Source: an uncultured Alphaproteobacteria bacterium
Lineage (GTDB): Bacteria > Pseudomonadota > Alphaproteobacteria > RF32 > CAG-239
Direction of reading: 5' to 3'
Length of the DNA: 64,000 bases
Assembly: GCA_944392295.1 (NCBI GenBank)
Contig: CALXWE010000004.1
Coordinates: 45,819-109,818 of the forward strand
Of this stretch, positions 57,292 through 64,000 are shown piece by piece (within the stretch, counting starts at the first letter, position 1; the number at the start of each line of letters is the position of its first letter). The position numbers and the translations under genes were made by a program. The notes beneath the pieces are model-generated. The model was not told the origin of the DNA. It saw only the letters and a list, made by a program, of their open reading frames with translations, and searched no databases.

Positions 57292-57750
57292 TTAATTTTC
57301 CAGATAATTGTTGATTTGCTCGGTTAGGTAGTTGGTAAAATCTTGTCCGGTCGAGAGCATATTCTGCGGGTTGGGAATCTTGGCATAGCCTTGGGTTTGT
57401 CCGTTTTCATTTTTTACCAAAACAATGGCGATTTGTTCGGTTAACTTATAAGCCGTTGCGTAATCATATTCATTATCTTGTTGATAATTTAAGACGTAAA
57501 AATCGTACACGCCGTTATAATATTGATTAAAAATTTGTTGAGTAAGCTCCATAGTTTGCGGACATTGATAACAATCATTATCGTTATTGTAAAATAAATA
57601 AATGACGGAGCGATTGTTTTGCGGATTTTCGGCAGCAAAATACTCTTCTATCGGCTGGTTTAGCGGATAGTTACCTTCAAAGGTGAGTTGGGCGTGAGCA
57701 ACATTCAAGCCGGTAATCAAAATTACGGCGCTTAAAATCAGGCTTTTCAT
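57292..57750 (-). CDS. Secreted thioredoxin-like protein with CxxC
   Basis: Signal peptide MKSLILSAVILITGLNVAHA. CYQC motif preceded by a beta strand (VIYLFYNNDNDCYQC). Confidence 0.45.
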   Translation of the reverse strand: MKSLILSAVILITGLNVAHAQLTFEGNYPLNQPIEEYFAAENPQNNRSVIYLFYNNDNDCYQCPQTMELTQQIFNQYYNGVYDFYVLNYQQDNEYDYATAYKLTEQIAIVLVKNENGQTQGYAKIPNPQNMLSTGQDFTNYLTEQINNYLEN

Positions 57751-57774
57751 ATTAACCTCGTGTGTTTTATCGGT

Positions 57775-59469
57775 TTACAGAGGTGCGCAAGCCTTTTTTA
57801 GCCATTTAAGCTCTGCTTTGTTCATATACGGAGCAAGAGCATTATAAACGCTTGAATGATAATTATTAAGCCAGCTTACCTCACTATCGTTTAACAGATA
57901 TTTATTGATGAGGTGTTTATCAATAGGGATAAGCGTTAAATATTGAAATTTTAAAAAGCCGTCATATTCGGAGTTGGTGGTATATACCAAGTTTTCAATG
58001 CGAATTCCGTAAGCATTTTCTTTATAATATCCGGGTTCAATTGAGGTTATATAGTTGGCTTTTACGGGCATATGGCTGCGTAAACTTAATCCGAACGGCG
58101 CTTCATGGACATCGGAAAAATGCCCGACACTGTGTCCGGTGCCGTGTTTGTAGTCTTTACCTTGTTGCCATAATGGTTGGCGGCATACGGCATCTAAAAC
58201 ATTTGCCGGCGTATTTTGCGGAAATATGGCAGAAGCTAAAGCAATATGCGCCTTTAATACTTGAGTGAAACTTTCTTTAATTTCATCACTTGGGTTGCCT
58301 AAGGCAATGGTACGCGTAACATCGGTGGTTCCGTCATAATACTGGGCGCCGCTGTCCAGTAACAATACCGAATTGTTTTCTAATTTTTTATTGCTGTTCT
58401 CGTTGGGTTGGTAGTGGACAATGGCGGCATTGCTTGCCGTGGCGGCAATAGTGGCAAAACTGTCGGAAAAAAACAATTCTTGCTCTTGGCGCAGGCTTTT
58501 TAATTTGGCGACGACATCAAGCTCGCTTATCTCTTGATAATTATCATCCAGCCAGCATAAAAACTTGCTTACGGCAACACCGTCGCGCAGATGAGAGTTT
58601 TTATAACCTTCAAGTTCAACGGGATTTTTGGTTAGTTTGTGTTCAACAATCGGGTTGTTGATTTTGTTTTCAATTTTTACACCTTCGGGCAATAAGGAAA
58701 GCACTATTTGCGGGGTTTGTTTTTCATCAATAAAAATAGTTTTACCCTTATATTTGCTTAAAAGGTTTGAAAGTTCGGCAAATGGCTTAAAACCATACTT
58801 TTCCAAATTGTCGGCAATTAAGGTTAATTTACCGCTGCGCTCTAATAAGCCCCAGGCTCTTACAATCGGAGTATCGGGTAAATCGTAAGAGCGCAAGTTG
58901 CTAAGCCATGATACCAAATCGGAGGCACAAATTAACATGGCGTCAACAAAGGGTGGAAAATCGGCAATAACTTCGGCGCATTTTTCTTTAGAGCTTTTAC
59001 CACAGAATTTTATATCGTGCTGAAAAACTTTAACGGTTGAAGAGGCCGGCTCATTATCTAATGTATCTAAATCCGTGTTTTCGCTAAAGGTTATATCGGG
59101 AGCGTGCTTTTTTAAAAACTTAACGGTGGCAACAGATAAACATTCGGGATTATAGGCTAACTGTTTAATATTGTTTTGAGTACATATTTCCAGTATTTCA
59201 GCAAAGCTTCCCGAATAATCGACAACGGTTATGATGTTGCTGTCGGTTTCATTGCGAGCCTGAATGGAGTATCTGCCGTCAACAAACAACCAGGCATGAT
59301 TTTGGCTTATAAGCAAATTGCCGGCTGAGCCGCTAAATCCGGTTAAGTCTAAGATTTTGTTTTCTTGAGGTAAAATATCTTCACCGACAAAGTATGGCTT
59401 GTTACGGGTTATCAGCAGGGCTTGTAGATTTTGTTTACTTAAAAGTTTTTGAATATCGGTTATGCTCAT
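57775..59469 (-). CDS. Xaa-Pro aminopeptidase (M24B, aminopeptidase P family, long form)
   Basis: Metal ligand motifs LLDSGAQYYDGTTDVTRT, HGTGHSVGHFSDVHE and EPGYY. 564 aa. Confidence 0.85.
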   Translation of the reverse strand: MSITDIQKLLSKQNLQALLITRNKPYFVGEDILPQENKILDLTGFSGSAGNLLISQNHAWLFVDGRYSIQARNETDSNIITVVDYSGSFAEILEICTQNNIKQLAYNPECLSVATVKFLKKHAPDITFSENTDLDTLDNEPASSTVKVFQHDIKFCGKSSKEKCAEVIADFPPFVDAMLICASDLVSWLSNLRSYDLPDTPIVRAWGLLERSGKLTLIADNLEKYGFKPFAELSNLLSKYKGKTIFIDEKQTPQIVLSLLPEGVKIENKINNPIVEHKLTKNPVELEGYKNSHLRDGVAVSKFLCWLDDNYQEISELDVVAKLKSLRQEQELFFSDSFATIAATASNAAIVHYQPNENSNKKLENNSVLLLDSGAQYYDGTTDVTRTIALGNPSDEIKESFTQVLKAHIALASAIFPQNTPANVLDAVCRQPLWQQGKDYKHGTGHSVGHFSDVHEAPFGLSLRSHMPVKANYITSIEPGYYKENAYGIRIENLVYTTNSEYDGFLKFQYLTLIPIDKHLINKYLLNDSEVSWLNNYHSSVYNALAPYMNKAELKWLKKACAPL

Positions 59470-60347
59470 AATACTTTCTCCATTAATGCGGCGCGCCAGT
59501 TGTCAATTTTATACAGCTTTATTAATTTTAAGCCGAGTTTTTCATGAGCAGATAATACCCAATCGGTTTGGTCGTCAATAAAGCCGGATAATATGCAGCA
59601 GCCGCCGTTTTTCAAGCTTTTTGCCAAGTCGGGAGCCATTTCAATTAAGGGGCGTGCCAAAATATTTGCCATTATAAGATCGTAAGGGGCGTTGTTTTTA
59701 ATAAGGTCAGCCTTATAACCGTCGCTTTGCGTAACATCAATGTATTGCTCTAAATGATTGTCAAAGGCATTTTGAGCGGTTACATTTACGGCTTCATGGT
59801 CAATGTCGCCGGCAATTATTATAGGTTTTTGTTCAGCCCAAAGTTTGGCGCAAGCCAAAGATAATATGCCGGAACCCGTGCCGATATCTAAAATTTTATG
59901 ATGAGCTTTACCTAACTTGTTAACATCGCTTATTGCCTCTAAACAACAACGAGTGGTTTGGTGTGATGAACCGAAGGCAGTGGCTGCATAAATTTTTAAG
60001 GGTAGCTTATCGGTTTTTGGGGAGTGTTCTTCATGAATCCCGTAAATACAAAAATCGGCAACCTCAAAGGGGGCAAACTTAATAACGTTTTCGGTAAGCC
60101 AATTCTTATTTTCAAGCTTTTCTACACTAAACGGCGGAAGAGTAATGTTTTGAATTTGGGCCGCTTGTAATAAATCGTTCTCATTAAAATCGGTATTGGC
60201 ATAGCCGACATATTCTTCTTTGCCATCATCGGTATAGTTGCAGGCGGTTACACCGAAATATTCATCTAAAAAATCGGCCAATTCTTGAGGAGTTGTTTCT
60301 TGGGGGGTAAATTTTACCAATATGCAACTTGAAAAATTATTACTCAT
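59466..60347 (-). CDS. prmA: Ribosomal protein L11 methyltransferase
   Basis: FGSSHQTTRCCLEAI, ILDIGTGSGILSLACAKL and MANILARPL are typical PrmA motifs. Confidence 0.85.
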   Translation of the reverse strand: MSNNFSSCILVKFTPQETTPQELADFLDEYFGVTACNYTDDGKEEYVGYANTDFNENDLLQAAQIQNITLPPFSVEKLENKNWLTENVIKFAPFEVADFCIYGIHEEHSPKTDKLPLKIYAATAFGSSHQTTRCCLEAISDVNKLGKAHHKILDIGTGSGILSLACAKLWAEQKPIIIAGDIDHEAVNVTAQNAFDNHLEQYIDVTQSDGYKADLIKNNAPYDLIMANILARPLIEMAPDLAKSLKNGGCCILSGFIDDQTDWVLSAHEKLGLKLIKLYKIDNWRAALMEKVL

Positions 60348-60437
60348 CTTTTCTCCGTTTGTTATCTTTTTATTTACTAAATTTAGTTTATATTACACTC
60401 AGATATATGTTTAAACATTTAAAAAGAGATTATTCCT

Positions 60438-61199
60438 ATGAAAAAACTTGCAGCTATATTATCAGTTTCTATGCTCGCGGCTTGTGTTTATGCCGGAGAA
60501 GTAGATATCTTTAAAGGTCGTAATAAAATTTTTCAGGTTTGGCAGACCAATGAGATTTTTTTCTATGATACTCAATCGGGAGATGAGACTTTAACCGAGA
60601 GCAAGACCATTACCGAAGATGAAATTGACCGTAATCAGGTGCTTATTACTAAGGTTAATGATACGATGTTATTCAGCCGCACACAGCGAATCGATTTTTA
60701 CGGTTCAAGTAAGCTGACTGTTAATAAAGATGCCGTGATGAGCTCAAGCTATACTCCGGCTTATATTTATAAAAACAGCAATTTTGAAGCTTTGGGAGAG
60801 ACCAACATTGACGGTGCGGTTTATATGCTGGTAAAGCAAGGCAAGAGTAAAGATATTTTGCTTGTTGATGAAAAAGGTGAGGTATATCCACGTTTAGGAC
60901 GTATTGTTGATGATAGACTTGCTATTCTGGATATTGAATTTTTTGTAGAGCCGGATGATGTTAAGTTTACGCCGGTAGTAAGTACTCGTTCTGAAACATC
61001 AGACGTTATTTCCGGTTATGAACTGCGTTATAGCGGTGTTTCAAATAATTATATGAACTTTACGTACTCAACATTAGGTGATAACGGTCAGTCGGAAGAA
61101 TTTAGTTTTCCGCTCGGACAGGGCACCATCGAAATTAAAAATTTCCGCATTAATGTAATTGATGCCGGATACGATAAAATTGAGTACATAATTTTATAA
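60438..61199 (+). CDS. Putative lipoprotein, function unknown
   Basis: MKKLAAILSVSMLAAC lipobox. Terminator-like hairpin at about 61218-61250. Confidence 0.5.
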   Translation: MKKLAAILSVSMLAACVYAGEVDIFKGRNKIFQVWQTNEIFFYDTQSGDETLTESKTITEDEIDRNQVLITKVNDTMLFSRTQRIDFYGSSKLTVNKDAVMSSSYTPAYIYKNSNFEALGETNIDGAVYMLVKQGKSKDILLVDEKGEVYPRLGRIVDDRLAILDIEFFVEPDDVKFTPVVSTRSETSDVISGYELRYSGVSNNYMNFTYSTLGDNGQSEEFSFPLGQGTIEIKNFRINVIDAGYDKIEYIIL

Positions 61200-61272
61200 G
61201 ATGTTTGAGCTTTAATCAAAATCCCTCGGTTTTATGACCGGGGGATTTTTGTTATAACAAATGTTTTACCTA

Positions 61273-61983
61273 TTACTTTATAGGTAAAAAGATGTAAAAA
61301 TCACAACTGACTTCCGCTTCACAGCTATTACATAAAGTATCGATATCGGTTAAAGAAGCATTACGAAGACAGTTATTGGGATTAGTACATATAGAGTCTC
61401 CGTATAAAGCCGTGGTACCGTAACCATCTTCGTTTTTTTGCCGCATTTGAATAGAGTTTATGTTAGCGGCATTTTCTTTGGCGGCGGTAACTATATTGCG
61501 GCAGATTTGTGCCGAATAGGGGCTTATTTTGTTATTTACCCTATTCATGTTTATATAAATATTATATTCAACATGTTTGAATACAGCTTCAAAGTAATAT
61601 GAGGTGGAAATACGGTTATTAAATATATCGTAGATACGGTTGGTAGCTTCATCGTAATGCATACCCTCAGGTATCAGATTAAGTTGTTTGAAAATGATTG
61701 TGCCTATGGCCTGTTGTTGGAAGGAGCGATTTAATTGCGGACCCAATTGAATAGCATTATTAATCAGCGTGTTCATTGATTCTGCGTGTTTATTAAGTTT
61801 ATATTTGAACATGGCTTTGGAGTAGCCGGCAATAGCACCGACAGAAAGTACACCAATAATGGCTAAAACTCCCAACATTTCAACCATACTTCTTCCGGCG
61901 GAAAGTTTGTATAAGGGCTCATCTAAAGCCGTTTTACGGGAATTAAGTTTTACAAAATGGCATAAAAATTGATAAAATTTCAT
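61273..61983 (-). CDS. Type IV pilin-like protein, variable family paralog E, 30-aa leader
   Basis: MKFYQFLCHFVKLNSRKTALDEPLYKLSAG|RSMVEMLGVLAIIGVLSVGAIAGYSKAMFKYKLNKHAE. C-terminal CTNPNNC...CNSCEAEVSCDFY. Confidence 0.75.
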   Translation of the reverse strand: MKFYQFLCHFVKLNSRKTALDEPLYKLSAGRSMVEMLGVLAIIGVLSVGAIAGYSKAMFKYKLNKHAESMNTLINNAIQLGPQLNRSFQQQAIGTIIFKQLNLIPEGMHYDEATNRIYDIFNNRISTSYYFEAVFKHVEYNIYINMNRVNNKISPYSAQICRNIVTAAKENAANINSIQMRQKNEDGYGTTALYGDSICTNPNNCLRNASLTDIDTLCNSCEAEVSCDFYIFLPIK

Positions 61984-62072
61984 CTAAAATCTCCGAGTTT
62001 TATTCACTAAAGGACTTTAAACGAAATCATAAACCGTTTTTTTTTTTTGCAACTTTAAAAGGAGCTGTGCCC
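61984..62072 (-). promoter_or_regulatory. Conserved pilin-family upstream cassette (copy 5)
   Basis: Same cassette. Homopolymer 62037-62048 (12 nt). The extra shared tail AAAAGGAGCTGTGCCC is seen only in copies 5 and 6. Confidence 0.6.
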
Positions 62073-62109
62073 ACACCTAAGTGTTGTACTACTTTCGGCA
62101 AAGTTATTT

Positions 62110-62787
62110 CTATAAACGCCAGTTGATGTCAATGTTACAGGTTACTTTATCCATGCAGCTTTTGCACATACTGTATATTTCATCAAGAGTAATATCCGTA
62201 ATGCATTTTTGCGATGAATTGCAAGTCTTGCCGTAAAAATAAAACTCATATTGATGATCGTTGTTTCCGGATGAAGAACCGATGAATAAGTGTGAAAAAT
62301 CTTGTGAATGAGCCTTAGCAACATTTAACAGATTTTGGCAGGTTGTGAAGTTATCGGAAGTAGGTTCAAGATAATATACAATATGAGTGAGTAAAAAAGT
62401 CGGACCGCCGTTGTTACTGATTAATACTTTATTTCCCATAGCGTCATATAAAAACCCGTTTTCGACTTTCATACCATCTGGAATTAGGTTCATTTTTTGA
62501 AACAATGTTATCAAATTAGTCCACTGGTTATATTTTAATTGCGGAGTGTAGGTGGTCATAACATTAAATAGCCAGGAGATTTGCTCGGCTTGTTTGTTAA
62601 GCTTATATTTAGTCATCGCCTTAGAGTAGCCGGAAATGGCACCGACAGATAATACGCCTATGATTGCAAGAACGCCGAGCATTTCGACCATACTTCTTCC
62701 GGCGGAAAGTTTGTATAAGGGCTTATCTAAAGCTGTTTTACGGGGTCTTATTTTTACGAATTGGCATAAAAATTGGTAAAATTTCAT
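62110..62787 (-). CDS. Type IV pilin-like protein, variable family paralog F, 30-aa leader
   Basis: MKFYQFLCQFVKIRPRKTALDKPLYKLSAG|RSMVEMLGVLAIIGVLSVGAISGYSKAMTKYKLNKQAEQ. C-terminal CNSSQKC...CKSCMDKVTC. Confidence 0.75.
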   Translation of the reverse strand: MKFYQFLCQFVKIRPRKTALDKPLYKLSAGRSMVEMLGVLAIIGVLSVGAISGYSKAMTKYKLNKQAEQISWLFNVMTTYTPQLKYNQWTNLITLFQKMNLIPDGMKVENGFLYDAMGNKVLISNNGGPTFLLTHIVYYLEPTSDNFTTCQNLLNVAKAHSQDFSHLFIGSSSGNNDHQYEFYFYGKTCNSSQKCITDITLDEIYSMCKSCMDKVTCNIDINWRL

Positions 62788-62876
62788 CTAAAATCTCCAA
62801 AGTTTGATTCACTAAAGGACTTTAAACGAAATCATAAACCGTTTTTTTTTTTGCAACTTTAAAAGGAGCTGTGCCC
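62788..62876 (-). promoter_or_regulatory. Conserved pilin-family upstream cassette (copy 6), shorter homopolymer
   Basis: Same cassette. Homopolymer 62842-62852 is 11 nt, against 12 in the other five copies. Confidence 0.6.
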
Positions 62877-62959
62877 AAAAGTTGTGGGATTTATTGTAAA
62901 ATAATTCTGGTATTGTATCATAACTTGCCGTACTATCTTTCAAACTAAGGAGATGTATA

Positions 62960-63589
62960 ATGCCGGATTGGTCAGAAGAAAATAAATTTCAGGGTTTAAT
63001 CGCCGGAGTTGATGAAGCCGGACGCGGTCCGTGGGTCGGTCCGGTTGTTGCCGGTACCGTGGTATTTTTTAATCATGAAATTCATCCTTTTTTGTTAAAA
63101 AATCTTAATGATTCTAAAAAACTTACACCAAAAAAACGTGAGGAATTGTTTGAGGTTTTACAACAAGAAGCTAAACTTAATCATTTGGCTTGGGCGGTAG
63201 GTGAGGCTTCGGCTCAAGAAATTGATGAAATAAATATTTTGCAGGCAACGTTTATGGCTATGCAAAGAGCGGTTCAAGCACTTAATTGTAAGCCGGATAT
63301 GGCTCTTATTGACGGTAACCGCAATCCGCGAAATTTTCCTTGTCCGTCACAAACCCTTGTTAAAGGTGATGCTAAATCTTTTTCCGTTGCCGCGGCTTCC
63401 GTTGTTGCTAAAGTTTATCGTGATAATTTAATGAAAAAACTGGCAATCCAATATCCGGGATACGGTTTTGAAAAAAATGCCGGATACGGAACTAAAGAAC
63501 ATATCGCGGCTTTGCAAACATTGGGCGTTACTCCAGAACATAGAAAATCGTATAAGCCGGTTGCTGAAATCTTGGCTAAGAACCTCTAG
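62960..63589 (+). CDS. rnhB: Ribonuclease HII
   Basis: GVDEAGRGPWVGPVVAG, DSKKLTPKKRE and KGDAKSFSVAAASVVAKVYRD are canonical. 209 aa. Confidence 0.93.
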   Translation: MPDWSEENKFQGLIAGVDEAGRGPWVGPVVAGTVVFFNHEIHPFLLKNLNDSKKLTPKKREELFEVLQQEAKLNHLAWAVGEASAQEIDEINILQATFMAMQRAVQALNCKPDMALIDGNRNPRNFPCPSQTLVKGDAKSFSVAAASVVAKVYRDNLMKKLAIQYPGYGFEKNAGYGTKEHIAALQTLGVTPEHRKSYKPVAEILAKNL

Positions 63590-64000
63590 ATTTTTGTAAT
63601 TTGCCGATAAAGTTTTTTAAATCGTTTATTTTTAATTTTAATTCGGTCGACGGGTTGCTTTTTTGTGCTTTGTCAAGCTGTAGGGCGGCGGCATTTAAAT
63701 TTCCCAAACCGATGTTATATTGCGCCGAAGCATATAAAGCATGAGCCTCTTGATTATTTTCGTGGTAGGCTTTGGCAAGTAATAACCAAGCGGTGGAATT
63801 GTATTTTTTTATAACGATTTTATTTAAACTGCCGATAATTTCCGGCAACAACTCTCGATGTTCGGGCATTTCCAAAGCAGCTTGCGCCCAGCCTAATGAT
63901 ATTTCGGGAGAATCTCGTAATTGTTTTGCTTTTGAATATGCTTCAAAAGCCAGTTTAATTTTACCGCTTTCAAATAAAAACTGTCCTTTAAGTTCGTAAA
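63576..64000 (-). CDS. TPR-repeat protein, C-terminal part (ORF open to the window end)
   Basis: The track ORF starts at a TTG at 63875, but the frame stays open upstream to 64000 (…YELKGQFLFESGKIKLAFEAYSKAKQLRDSPEISLGWAQAALEMPEH…). TPR-like A/Y/L pattern. Confidence 0.6.
   Translation of the reverse strand, partial: YELKGQFLFESGKIKLAFEAYSKAKQLRDSPEISLGWAQAALEMPEHRELLPEIIGSLNKIVIKKYNSTAWLLLAKAYHENNQEAHALYASAQYNIGLGNLNAAALQLDKAQKSNPSTELKLKINDLKNFIGKLQKSRGS

Noticed and set aside
62049-62072. Sigma-54 promoter idea for the pilin-like genes (coding strand TGGGCAC...TTGCA in copies 5 and 6).
   Set aside because: The GGCAC and TTGC elements are 14 nt apart instead of about 5. The GG element is also absent from the other four cassettes.

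Overview
AT-rich bacterial chromosomal segment. The gene content looks alphaproteobacterium-like (EF-Tu and SecA sequence style, a DUF2155-MlaD cluster, ffs-dnaX synteny), but this lineage call is inference only. About 60 genes are mostly single-copy housekeeping: dnaX (partial), SRP RNA, rsmI, yraN, a parvulin PPIase, secA, cmk, rsmE, ppdK, ackA-pta, lepA, tRNA-Tyr/Gly-tuf, murQ, rlmB-like, tandem mlaD, prmA, an aminopeptidase P family gene, rnhB, tRNA-Pro and tRNA-Val. Several unusual accessory features are interspersed. (1) A secreted autotransporter has a passenger that is a eukaryote-type ubiquitin: 52 of the first 70 residues are identical to canonical ubiquitin by manual alignment, and the LRLRGG tail is missing. 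It sits next to tRNA-Pro and a disrupted tRNA-Pro copy, in a module bounded by two ACP-like paralogs that lack the phosphopantetheine Ser and share a terminator hairpin. (2) Six dispersed, co-oriented paralogs form a non-canonical type IV pilin-like family (G|RSMVEMLGVLAIIGVLS...). Each has its own nearly identical ~80-bp promoter/5' cassette containing an 11-12 nt homopolymer tract, leaders of 7, 30 or 63 aa, and hypervariable Cys-containing C-terminal domains. (3) A 1992-aa orphan protein carries a degenerate ABC1/UbiB-like kinase-like module. (4) A WbsX-family gene is split by a frameshift in a homopolymer. (5) An RquA-like methyltransferase sits alongside PPDK and Ack-Pta. (6) There is a LonC-like protease with degenerate Walker motifs, a membrane-anchored GH24 lysozyme-like protein, and several orphan TPR/coiled-coil proteins. 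I saw no rRNA, CRISPR array, transposase or integrase. All calls rest on reading the sequence and ORF translations and on motif recall; no database search was run.
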